A DNA stretch of 64,000 nucleotides from assembly GCA_025558095.1 (NCBI GenBank), contig JAIVFI010000010.1, forward strand, positions 372,001 to 436,000, read 5' to 3'. The position numbers and the translations under genes were made by a program. The stretch comes from Hyaloraphidium curvatum SAG 235-1. Its lineage: Eukaryota; Fungi; Monoblepharomycota. A model generated the notes under the pieces. That model ran no database searches and was not told where the DNA came from. It saw only the letters and a program-made list of their open reading frames with translations. This document shows positions 14,003 to 25,889 of this stretch, one piece after another (the first letter of the stretch is position 1; each line of letters begins with the position of its first letter).

Positions 14003-17000
14003 TCACCCGTGCAAAAGCATGGTTAACACCAGCGAATCCGCTTCGTACTGATCACGAACAAAGACCTGCGCCCGCTCCAGCAGCGCACGAACGCCCGTAA
14101 CCCACTTGTCTTTGCCTCCGGCATGGCGCCAAATGTAGGATGCCACACTTTCCACGACGTCGAGCATCCGGTTGCGCACGAGCGCCGCGCAGTAGACGAC
14201 AAAGGTCTCGCAATCCTCCTCGAGGGGTCCTTCCTCGGGGCACGAGGCAATCCATTCCCGGATGAGCTTGCGAACGTCGTCGAGATCGGTCGCTCCCATG
14301 AGGCTGGGAGCCTCGGCGACTTTCGGAGCAGGAACGGACGCAGCGACGGGCTCGTCCGCCTTGCCCTTTTGCTTCTTCGGCGGCGGAGATGGATCGTCGT
14401 TGCCCATGCCGGCAAACGGTCTCTTGAGCATCCGGTAGCTCTGCTCCAGCTCTTTGCGCACGCTTTCGGGCAACTCGGCGAGCACTTGAGGATCGATCTG
14501 GAGACAGAACCGGTCAACAAAGTGAATCAAAGAAGGCTTTGACCGCACAAACCTGCGACGGTGAGGGCAAAGCATCCGCGTACTGTCCGCGGAGGATGAC
14601 TGCCGGCCGCTTCTTGGCAACCCCAACGCCCCTTGCCGCACCAAACATGCGCTCGACAAGACTCTTCTCCTTTTCTGGTACCTTGGCCCTTGGTGCGGGT
14701 GCCGACTTGTGCTTTGCCGCCGCCGCCGTCCTTGCGAAAGGGTTGATGCCAGTTGCAGTGACACCTGGTCGCGGAGGGAGCTTGTACTGCCGAAAGACTT
14801 CGGCCTGCAGTTCCGGAGGAAGCTCTCGCAGGACAGATTCATCAATTTGCTCCGCCGACTCGGGGTGAATGCTTGGAGCAGCCGATGCAGCTCGAGCCGC
14901 CAAAACTTCTTGGCGGGCCTTCGGCTCCTCGTCATCGACAACAGTAACCGCAAGCTCCGATGTCGACCCTCTACGCGAGATGAGCTCTTCCAGGTGCTTC
15001 GGCTCCTCTGCCAGCGTATCTTCGGCCTCGAGAGAGGGCGCCCTCTGGATTTCTCTGCCCTTGGAATTGCCGAACAATTCGACGATCGACCTTCCTCCTT
15101 CGCCTTTGCCGTCCGCAGGTTCCAGCTTTGAAATCGAAATGCCCACCCCACGAATCTCAAGCACGTCCAGCCTCAGGGCACGAAACATCTGAACGCATTC
15201 CTTGCCAATGAGTTCACCGTCTCCAGTGGCCCGCAGCAAGCTGACGGATCGATTAATGCTGTCCGACCAGCCGCACCCTAAGCTCTTTGGGGCGATTGTT
15301 TCTGCGTTTGGGTTTCGTTTTCGCATCTTGAGGGTGATGTTCCTGCCGCGCACGCTGGCCTCCGCCATGCGTTTGGCAACTTCCCTGGCTAGCTCCGCGA
15401 TGAACCGTTCGGCCTGAGAGACTTCCTCGAAGCGCACGCCCCAGTTTGCTTCGGCGCTGACGGTCCGGCGTGGGCCCGGATCCTGCTTCAGCTTCCGCGT
15501 GTCGACGCCCCTGGAGAAATCGTACAGCATGGTTCCGGTCTTCTCGCCAAACTCCCGCTGGAGCAAACTTTTGCCCAAGGCACGGAGATCTCCGCAGGAA
15601 ACGGCACCAAGCTCCGCCAACCGCGCCGCCGTCTCTCGTCCGACACCGGGTAGTCCGTCCGCAGGCAAGTCGACGATGAAGTCAGACACGTCGTCGGGGG
15701 CCAGGAAGAACGATCCGTCCGGCTTGGCCTTCTTCGTTGCAAGTCGAGCCGCCAACATGGATTCGCCGACCCCGATCGAGCAGGTCACACCCGTTGCCTC
15801 CCGAACTTTCTGCCGAATCTCCTCTGCCACCTCAATCTCCTTGCCCTCCCCGCGTCGAGGCACCCTCGAAGACACGTCGATGAAGGCTTCATCCACCGAG
15901 TTTGCTTGGATCTCGTCCGCCTCGGAAATCAGCACGCGATACAGCTTCTCGCTGGCCTCCGTGTACTGCTCAAATTCGTAGGGGAGCATGACGAGCTCGG
16001 GGCAGAGCCGTCTCGCTTCACCCGTCCACATCCCGTTGCGGAGCCCCTTGGCACGAGCAGGGTAGTTGCAGGAGGCGATTTCGGAGTGTGTCGACGTGCC
16101 CGTGTTGCGCGCATGGCATACTGCGGCGGGGAGGCCGGCGAACTCCGGTCTCGTGGACAGAGCGACAGATACGAAGAAGCAGTCCATGTCCACGTGCTGT
16201 CGAACGCAAGGAGATTCAGAACAATCAGACAATTCTGTTGACCCAAACGTACCATGATCGTCTTGGGTGCTCCCGGTTGGGCACGGCGCTTCGGCACCCC
16301 TTCCGTCTCCTTGCGAACGAACTCCTGCATGCTGATCTTTGCGGTGGAGATGTGATGTAGGCGCGAATTGCCGTAGAACTTTTCCAGAAAGTCCGGGGCA
16401 ATGCTGCTGTTCTTCCTCGCCCATTCCGACTGCAGTTCGGGGTGGATCGAGCGCTGTGCGGGGGAGACGGGGTTCGACGGCGGGCGAGACCCTTGTTTCG
16501 TCGGTGTCTCCGCTGGCCGTCCGGGGGCCCCAGGCGAGGTCGCCTTCGAATGTTCCCCAGGCACCGGTTCCGTTGGAGAGTCTGGCCCATCCGTGTGAAT
16601 GACACGTTGCTCCGACAACGATGGCGAAGAAGGCCGAGGCAGTTGTCCGGGAGGCGGAGAGGTGGATTGTTGCGGCGGAACGCCGATGGACTGTAGATCT
16701 GCCGATTCTGCAACTCCGGGGCCCGAAGAATGATTCCTCTCCGGCTCGCATCCATCCGAAGTTGCAGGTACGAGGAGTGGCGCAGCGGACACCTCGGCCT
16801 CGTTGTTCTCGCCTTCAGCCTTGGGAGCACCGCCGGAAGAATTGCCAGACTTCGACGGAGCCTTGGCAAAGGCATCGATGCGATTCTGCGACGCGGAGCT
16901 CTGGACCAGACGGTACCGGGTCCATGGAAGCAGCTTTCCCTCCTTCAAGGAATCCATGATCCACTGCGGCGTAACGACCTTCAGATTGCCCCATTGATCG

Positions 17001-17434
17001 AACTTGCGCTGCGTCAGGTTCTGGGCAATCACGTGGGTGATGGTGGTCTTTTTTGGATATTGGTTGACGTAGCCTCCGTTTTCCAGGATGATCCGCTTCA
17101 GCTCGTGGGCGGGAGGCTCCACCCATCCGTCGATGTAGACGACCACGTCCTTGAGCATGCTGCTCGCGGCCGCCGACCTCCGCTCCTCGTTTTGCTGCAT
17201 GAGCTTGACCTTTTTCTGCTCGAAGTATTCTCCAAATCCGTTCCAGCCGTATCCGCCATCGTTTGCCGCGGCATCGGGTTGGCGGGCCACGTTGTCCAGG
17301 TCCGCGTGGTCGCCAGGCTGTCCAAACGCAGAATCAACAGCCCCATCGTCCACTCGAGGTCTGGGCACAGAAAAAGTCGCGGCGACGTCGTCTCGAGCCT
17401 CACGTCCATCCGGTACCGATGCAGATGCCATCAT
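14003..17434 (-). CDS. REV1: Y-family translesion polymerase Rev1 (BRCT, catalytic core, UBMs, CTD), spliced
   Basis: FGEYFEQKKVKL plus BRCT (VVTPQWIMDS), N-digit FYGNSRLHHIST, HVDMDCFFVSV, ASCNYPARAKG, SVDEAFID, NWGVRF, UBM-like IDESVLRELPPELQ and IDPQVLAELPESVR. Confidence 0.96.
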
Positions 17435-17669
17435 CGCGCTTGAACATTCCCGGGCCGCAAGTCCCACGCGGCGACACTCGGAAGTCCGTGCTGGCTAGCC
17501 TTCAGCGCTTCCCTGTCGAGCTCAAACGAACCCAAACATCACAAATTGCGGAACGGGCTTCCGATCGGCCCAGGAGCTTGGGGGGACGTTGGGATAGCGG
17601 CGGTGCCTTGGCGGCCGCGCGGCGCTGCGGCCTGATCACGTCCTCCCCCGACGACACGAGAGGGATCGG

Positions 17670-19375
17670 ATGGACGTGAAGGTACGGCCATCCTTTCGCG
17701 ATTTTGGTTTGCGTACATGCTTATCGAACCTTGCGGCGCACAGGAGACGCGCGATGCGCGCTACGAGGAGAACGACGAGGGGGAGAGGAAGCTGAACCAA
17801 TACGTCCGTTCCTCGGCCCGGATTTCGAAGGACGGAGCCTCATACGCGGCCTTTCCCCCCTTTACCAGTTGCTTAAGGAAGTTCTTGGTCGGGGATCGTT
17901 CGGGATCGTGAGGTGGGCCTGCCTACGCATGACGCGACTTGGGACCGCTGACACCGCCGCAGCCTGGCAGAGGACGTCAACACCGGCCAGCAGTATGCGA
18001 TCAAGGAGTTCTCCAAGACGCGGCTCCGGAAGCGGGCCCAGTCGCAGATGACGTTTGGGTTCCGGGGCCGAGGCCGGGGTCGCGGGGGCCGGGCTGCGGC
18101 GCCTCCTCCCGTCGACCAGGACCCCTTTGAGCACATCAAGTCGGAGATCGCCGTGATGAAGAAGCTCAGTCATCCGAACATTGTGCGGCTGTTTGAAGTG
18201 CTCGACGCGCCGGAGCACGATTCCTTGTACATGGTGTTTGAGCTGTGCGGCGGCGCCGTCATGGACGTTGGGTTGGACACTGAAGGCGAGGGAGTGGGCG
18301 AGGCGAAGGCGCGGGAGATTTTGCGGGAGGCGGTTCTGGGGATCGAGTACCGTGAGCAGCGCCCTTCGCGCACCTGGCCCGGTGGCTCACATCCTGCCTT
18401 TCGACAGTTCACGAACACGACATTGCACATCGGGATATCAAGGTATACCGCCGCGCGTGCCGTTTGTGCTTGCAGTCGTTAACGGAATGCCGCTTCATCA
18501 ATCACAGCCCGATAATCTCCTCATGTCGCCGTCGGGCGCCATCAAGATCGTCGACTTTGGCGTTTCCGAAATGTTCAGCAAGGGAAACGACAAATCCAAG
18601 AAGTCGGCGGGGTCGCCTGCCTTCTTCTCGCCGGAGATGTGTACGGCGCAGCACGGAGAGCTGAGTATGAAAGCCTGCGACGTGTGGGCTCTCGGGGTAA
18701 TGTTTTGCGGGGCTTTTGGTCCTTCAAAGGCTGAGCTGCTATCTTGGCAGGTCACCCTCTTCTGCCTGGTGTTCGGGCACCTTCCTTTCCGGGGCTCCTC
18801 GATCCTTGAACTCTACGAAAACATTCGTAGCCAACCGTGGGGGGGAGCGAAGGCCTCTTACGATGTCTCTGCTTACTCGACTTGCTTAGCCTCGAAATCC
18901 CACCCGGAGCCTCCCCCGAGCTGAACGATCTGTTGGCAAAGATGCTGGACAAGGACCCTTCGCAACGCATAGACATCGTCGGCATAAAGGTCCGTACAGA
19001 TCACTACGCGGTTCACCCCACTGATCCAACCTTCTCGCACAGAACCACCCCTGGATGACCAACCGCGGCACCCTCCCCCGTCTCGCCGACACGACCGAGA
19101 ACGTCGAAAAGATCGGCAAGCCGGTCACAGAGGTAACGGAGGAGGAAATCAAGGCTGCCATCCGGCCGCTTCGCTTCTCGTCGGCCGTCACGGTCATCCG
19201 GGCGGCGGCACGGTGGCGCAAGCTCGGCTCCAGGGGCTCGTTCTCCAGCATCACGTCGTCGGGTTCCCCAGGGGCAGAAGCTGCGAGGAGTCCGGCATCG
19301 GAACCGGCCAAAAGCTTTGCGGACGTGCTGGAGGGGGTGACAAAGCTTTCGACGGGGGATCCCGACATTCCATAG
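17670..19375 (+). CDS. CaMKK-family Ser/Thr kinase (Ssp1/Sak1/CaMKK-like), many short exons
   Basis: ERKLNQY|LLKEVLGRGSFGIV, YAIKEFSK, EIAVMKKLSHPNIV, HRDIK|PDNLL, DFGVSEMF..SAGSPAFFSPE, DVWALGV and a basic CaM-binding-like tail FSSAVTVIRAAARWRKL. Confidence 0.88.
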
Positions 19376-19530
19376 CTAGGAGCGGCGCCTATGTATGCAA
19401 GCCGTGTTATTGGAGACTTGATATGCATGTGCAGTTGACGTGATTGGAATGTGGAGGAGTCAAGAACAAATCACAGGAGGGCGTCTCAATTGCCCGACAG
19501 CCATGTACATCCAAATGCAGACCAACACGT

Positions 19531-22500
19531 CTACTTCTGCCTGAAGTTGCAAAGCCAGAGTGCAAGGTAAGCCACGATGAGCCACCCGACGCCGGTGATG
19601 AAAGCAACGGCAATGTAGAACCTAGAGGGCAAAATCGATCAGATCGAGCGCATTCACGGCGCCAGAGCAACGTACCCGGTGGAGGTCGTTGCGTAGTTGT
19701 CGATGCCGAAGCCGACGATGGCGTTCGAGGCGTTCCGAATCCACCCTGGATTCGTGAATCGCGGTTAGGTGCGAATCAACGGTGCTGCGTGCGGGCAACC
19801 CACAGTCGAAGCCGAGCGACCCGGCAACGTACTGCTCGCCGTTCTGCGAGAAGCAGGTCAAAGTCGGGGGAAGGGGGTTGGCAACGAGGTAGTTGGCAAA
19901 GCCAAGGAGCGATGCCGCGCGGACGGTCTGGTTCAGCGCCAGGGTGAGACCGTCGGTGTTCGACACCGGGATGTTGGTCGCCGCCGAGAAGCCCGCGGTG
20001 GCGAGCGCCGTCATCTCGTCCAGGTTCTGGAGCACCGGCGCGGCGTTGTTCTGCACGGCGGCCTGGGCCCGCGCCTTCTGGAGAGCGCTGAGGGCGATCG
20101 CGTTGCGGTAGAGGGAGAAGATGGTGGCGTTGGCCTCGGCGCCGGCGTTGGGCCAGATGTCGAAGCTGTTCATGGTCTGCACAAGCGCAGGGCTGGAGGC
20201 CACGGCAAGGGTAGTGAGGTTCTTGGCGGCGCCGCCGATACCGCGGGAGCTGATGCCAGTGGTGTCGAAGGGGAAGAGCTCGCGGTCCAGGCAAAACAGG
20301 GGCTGGCCGACGCACTCGTCGCGCATGGTGGGCACGAACCAGAGGCGCACATACCTGGATCGCGGCGCGGATCAGCGTTCTGGACGGGTGCGACAATCAA
20401 GATCGGCCAACTCACGAGAACCACTGCCAGAAGGCCTTGACCGACGGGTGGCGCACAAACAGGAACTGGTCGGTGATGTAGAAAGCTCCAAGCAGAATGG
20501 CGTAGTAGTAGTGCAGGCTGTGGGCACGGTCAGCGGCGGATATGCAGCGCGAGAGCAGCAAATCCCACGTGAAGATCGCGTTGGCGTAGGGGATCGATGC
20601 GGCGACGTAGGCGCACACCATGTTGATCGCGGTGGACGCGAACGCCTCGGGGATCATGTAGCCGATGTAGCGGCCCGTGTAGACCCTGCCACCGCAAAGA
20701 AATGTCAGGCTACGGTACCCAATGTTCCAGAACTTCACTGCTTCACGCACCAGTTCGACATGGAGAACATGATGCCGCCGACGACGGACTGCGGAGGAAA
20801 GAGTTAGAACGCAAGGGAAGCGGGCGGCAGCCGACCAACCATGACGGCAGCGATGAAGATCCACTCCACGAGGAACATGACCAAAAGGTGGCCGAGGCGG
20901 TGGTAGTAGCCGGCGGCCTCCTCGTGGTAGTACATCTTGCGCTTCTCGAGCCAGTAGGCGATGGCGGCGGAACCGAAGCCGGGCACCATGAGCTTGTACG
21001 CAAAGCCCTCGGAGGCGCGGGCCTCGTAGCCGGCAACGTTGCGCTGGAGGTTCCAGAAGGCGCCGCCGAAGAAGAGGCCGACGAAGGCGCCGGCGACGAA
21101 GCGGGAGGTCGACATGACGGGGTTGCGGATGTAGATCATGACCTGGCGCTTGAGGAGCTGCCAGAACTGGACCCAGACCGGGGCCTGCTGGTAGAAGCCG
21201 AGGCGGTCCGCGAACGTGGGGACGGTGTCGGCCTTGGCGATGACCTCGTTGATCGAGCCCTGGCCAGAGTGGATGGCCTCGACCTTCTTGTTGAGGATCG
21301 CGGACTCCTGCGACGCTTCCCAGCATTCGATCAGGCGGTCGGGCTGCGCGGCAAGAGCGTCGGCGTAGATCTCGGCTGGGGTCGATCAGGCTGTCAGCTC
21401 CGGGATCACGGGTGCCGGCGCCGCGAGGCTACTCACCGGGGTTGCCGGCAACGGGGATGCCGAGCGACTCGAAGTAGAGGATGGCGTCGGTGACGCGCCC
21501 GAAGTAGCAGAGCTTGCCCTTGGCGAGCAGCAGGAGGTAGTCGAACTGCGAAAGGATGGTGTACGAGGGCTGGTGGATCGTGGCGACGCAGGCCAGCTTG
21601 CGCAGGCGCGTGACCTCGACGACGTTGGCGATGATCTCGCGGCCGGTGTTGGAGTCGAGGCCGGTCGTGGGCTCGTCGAGGAAGAGCACCGAGGCGACGG
21701 GCAGCAGCTCCATTGCGACGTTCATGCGCTTGCGCTCGCCGGTCGAGAGACCGCGGACGAGCTGGTTACCGATGCGGCGGTCGGCGCAGTAGCCGAGGCG
21801 CATGACCTCGAGCACGTCGCTGCACTGGAGACGGGGAGATCACAAGTCGATCAGCGGTCGCGCCTACTGATCAGGCAAAAGCACGCACCCTGGCTTCGCG
21901 CTGGGCGGTGCTCCAGTCGGCGGGCAGACGGAGGGCGGCGCCGAAGCGTAGCATCTCCTTGCAGGTGAGCTCCGGGGGCAGCAGGTCGTCCGAGGTGACG
22001 TAACCGCTCTCCTTGATGAAGGTGCGCTTGGACAGGGGCGCGCCGTTTAGACGGACGTCCTGGGTCCATTTGCCGGTGGTCTTGCGGTAGGCCAGCACGT
22101 CGAGGAGGGTCGACTTGCCGGCGCCCGAGGGGCCCATGATCGCGAGCGTCTCGCCGGGCTGCGGGCCGGTGGCCAAGTCAGTGCTGTTCGACCCGGAACG
22201 CGTGCGCCCTCGGCTGCGCCCGCCGTGAAAAGGATGCCCACCTTGCAGTAGCCCGACACGGCGTCGAGGAGCACCTTCGGCTTGCGGTCCACCTTGAGCA
22301 CGCACGAGATGTCCTTGAACGAGAAGAATGCCGGGTTGAGCTGGTTCGGGTCCGTGACGGCCCACGACGCCAGCCGCGAGATCTTCTCGCCGGCCTTGGG
22401 CAGCGCGATGGACGGCTCGGTCGACATGAGCTCCTTCTCGGGCACGGCCTCGCCGGCGACCAGCGCGGGCGCGGCGTAGTTGTCGGCCGGCGCGGAGGCG

Positions 22501-22556
22501 ACGTTCGAAACGGTCTCGGCAGCCATCGTGACGGCGGTGTCGGCGTTGGCGGCCAT
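19531..22556 (-). CDS. ABCG-family half transporter A (NBD-TMD), spliced
   Basis: Walker A GPSGAGKST, signature GLSTGERKR, Walker B LFLDEPTTGLD and H-loop TIHQP. The TMD has a long extracellular loop, and the last exon FYIAVAFITGVGWLIVAYLALWLCNFRQK ends at 19531. Confidence 0.93.
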
Positions 22557-22981
22557 CGTGGGCGGTCTCGTCGTTGGTGTCGGCCCGCTTTGCCGAGTTA
22601 GTCGGCTTGGAGACAGTCACATGCGGGTCTTCGGGTGGGGGGGGCGGTCTTCGAAAATGGCAGCCAGGGACTTCTCTTTTTTTCAGGAATTGCTTCCCAC
22701 GCGAGGACGCACACCGTCAGCTAGCACGCCAGCAGTGCATCGCGGCCGGACCAGGTAAATTTTGGGTCCCCGATTTAAATCCAACCCAGAGCCGTGCGCG
22801 GTATCGTCGCGAGATGCGTACTGTGCTTTCCCCGGAATCTGCGCAACGGCAGTGGGGTGTGGTCGCAATTTCGCTCCCCGTGCCGATCGACCAGCCCACG
22901 ATCCCCATTCGAGTGAGTGGGAGAAACCCGCCTGGCCACCAGTCCGAAGTCCACCGACCGCCGACACTCGGGACCGCAGCA

Positions 22982-25550
22982 ATGGAGGCCAACGCTGCTG
23001 CCGCCGCCGCCGCCGACGCCATGGCGTCGAACCACGCCGGCTACACGGTGCGCCGCCCGCCGCGCGCCCGCCGGCCCGCCTGACCCGCCGCAGGTCACCT
23101 GGGAGAACGTCAACTGCCGGATCAAGACGGGCAGCCTCTTCCGCGAGAAGAAGGTCGTGCACTCGCTCATCGACAACTCGGGCTTCGCGCGCCCCGGCGA
23201 GTCGCTCGCCATCATCGGCCCCTCGGGCGCCGGCAAGACCACGCTCGTCGGTGGGCATCCCGGTGCCATTTGCCCCGAGGGACGGCGGCTAACGGGATTC
23301 CAGACATCCTGTCGCAGCGCAAGTCGCTCGGCGAGGTCACCGGCGAGGTCCTCGTCAATGGCCAGAAGCCGGACATCTTCTTCAAGCGCCGGCTGGGCCA
23401 GATCACCACCATGATGGCGCACATCCCCACGATGACCGTCCGCGAGACGCTGATGTTCGCCGCCGAGTGCCGCATGCCCCGCCACGCGACCAAGGAGGAG
23501 CGCATCGCCCGCGTCGACGAGGTGATCGCCGGCCTCAAGCTCACCAACGCCCAGAACACCCCCGTCGGCGACGAGCTGATCCGCGGTGTCTCGTCGGGCG
23601 AGAAGAAGCGCACCGAGGTCGCCACCGAGATGATTGCCCGCCCGCGCATGCTCTTCCTCGACGAGCCCACCTCGTGAGTCGCCGAGCTTCTCCGCTGTTT
23701 GATCACTTTGCTGATCCACCGCCGCCCTTCACAGGGGTCTCGACGACTTTGGTGCGCGCTTCACCATGGAGCTCGTGCTCAAGTACGTCAAGTCGGAGAA
23801 CGTCTGCGTCGTCATCGTCATCCACCAGCCCTGCGAGGCCGTCTTCAAGCTCTTTGACAACACCATGATCATCTGCGAGGGCCGAGCCTGCTTCTTCGGC
23901 CCTGTCGCCGCCGCCGAGTCGTACTTCTCCACGATGGGCTACCCCACGCCCAAGCTGCAGAACCCCATCGAGCACTACCTCGACGTCTGCTCGGCCAACG
24001 CGACCGCCGCCGCCGACTACTACGACAAGTCGCCCCTCGCGACGGCCAACCTCGCCGAGATCGCCCGCCTCAAGGGGCAGACCTACGGCGCCGTGCGGTA
24101 CTCGGAGTACATCGTCGAGCGCCCGTGGTGGGACCAGATCCGCCTGGTCGGCTACCGCTGCCTCATGCGGTACTGGCGCAACCCGTCGACCTCGTGGGGC
24201 CGGCTCTTCATGTTCACGCTCCTCGGTCTCCTGTTCGGCATCCTCTTCCTGAATGTGAGTGGATTGGTTGCTGCTGCCGCCCCGGAGTCCGACTGATCAC
24301 TGGTTGCGCCATCAGCTCACCAACAACCTAGCGGGCATCCGTAACCGCCTCTCCATCAGCACCACCTACGCTTTCCTCGCCATCTACGTGGCCGTCGCCT
24401 CGGTGCCCCAGTTCCTCGAGGACCGCGAGCTGTACCTGCAGGAGCTCGACACCGCCTTCTACTCGACTCCGCCGTACTGGATCACCTACCTCCTCATCGA
24501 GGGCTGCATGTGCACCGTCATCACCACCATCCAGATGGTCATCATTTGGTTCATGGCCGGCTTCGACGCCCAGTACTTTGGCCCCGTCTACCCGATGATG
24601 TTCGTGCAGTTCTGGCTCGCCGTCGCCGTGTCGCAGGCCTGGTCGGCCTGGTGCAAGACCCTCGTGCAGGCCTACACCGCCCTCTGGGCCGCCGGCCTCA
24701 TCTTCTACGCCTTCTCGGGCACCCAGGCGCCGCTCGGCACCGTCACGCCCGCCCTGAGGTGGATGGCAGACATCAACTACTGGCGTTGGGCTCTGCAGTA
24801 CATCGTGCGTATTCCGGGGACCGGGCTTTGCACCCGGAGCGCACAGCTGACCCTCCCGCGTCTCCCAGATCTGGCAGGTGATGAAGGACTACATTATGGA
24901 GTGCCCGACCACCTCCTCCACTGCCTTTGCCGGCCCCACGGCCCGCGGCTTCGCCAACGCGATGAACGCGACCTTCGTCGCCGACCCCGGCAACGCCGTC
25001 AACGTCGCGCAGTTCTGGGCCGGCATGGAGCTCATCTTCTCGAACGCCGTCGCGGGCCAGTTCCCCGGCGCGACTCCCGTCACCCAGGCCGCCCTGGTCG
25101 GCAACAGCAACGCCGTGGCCTCGGCCATCGCCCCGATCGCCAACAACGCCTCGTTCGGCCCCACGCCCGACCGCTACATCCCGGCCCTGGGCCCGTACAC
25201 GCTGTACAACAACGCGTCCGTCACGGCCCGCGAGGTTGCGCAGAACTCGGCCGCCTTCCCGCCCGGGTACTTCTGCCCCGTCGGCCAGGGCCGCGACTTT
25301 GTGCGCAGGTACCGCGACCTGTCGCCCGAGAACCCCGCTACCAGTGAGTTTGGCCGCATTGCTGCGCATGCGCCGCATCTGAGGCCTCCCGCTCCGCAGC
25401 CAACATTGCCTACGCCGTCAACGTCTGCCTGTTCGTCTTCTTCGCGACGATGGTGCGTTGGCTGCTTCCCATTTGCCTTTCGCGTCGTCTCACTCTTTCC
25501 TTCAGACGTTGTTCGGCCTGATGTTCTCGCGCAACTACCGCAAGAGGTAA
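22982..25550 (+). CDS. ABCG-family half transporter B (NBD-TMD), spliced
   Basis: Walker A GPSGAGKTT, TVRETLMFAAECRMP, signature GVSSGEKKR, Walker B LFLDEPTS, VIHQP, YWRNP and a TMD; ends FGLMFSRNYRKR* at 25550. Confidence 0.93.
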
Positions 25551-25889
25551 AACAGTGCCAATACTTGTATACACGGGATTTGGAATGTGGATGTGATTGG
25601 CAGTCAGTGCCCTTCCGGAGGCATCAGGCATCACTACACTTCGTTGGCCTCTTTCCCTTTCGCCTCACGGCGGACAGTCCAGACTATTCCCCGGTTTGGG
25701 TGTGTCATCATTCGGACAGATCCAGGCGTCACTTCTGCAGGGCATCGTATTCCGTCGCAGCATCTCCACCCAGGTACATCCAGAGCCCAAAACATCAGAA
25801 CCGAAAGAAGGAAACATCAACCGTGAGACTCCGTTGCTCATCAACCGTGCGCAGCTTCACAATCGGGCTCGGGGCTTTCCGTGCAGCCC

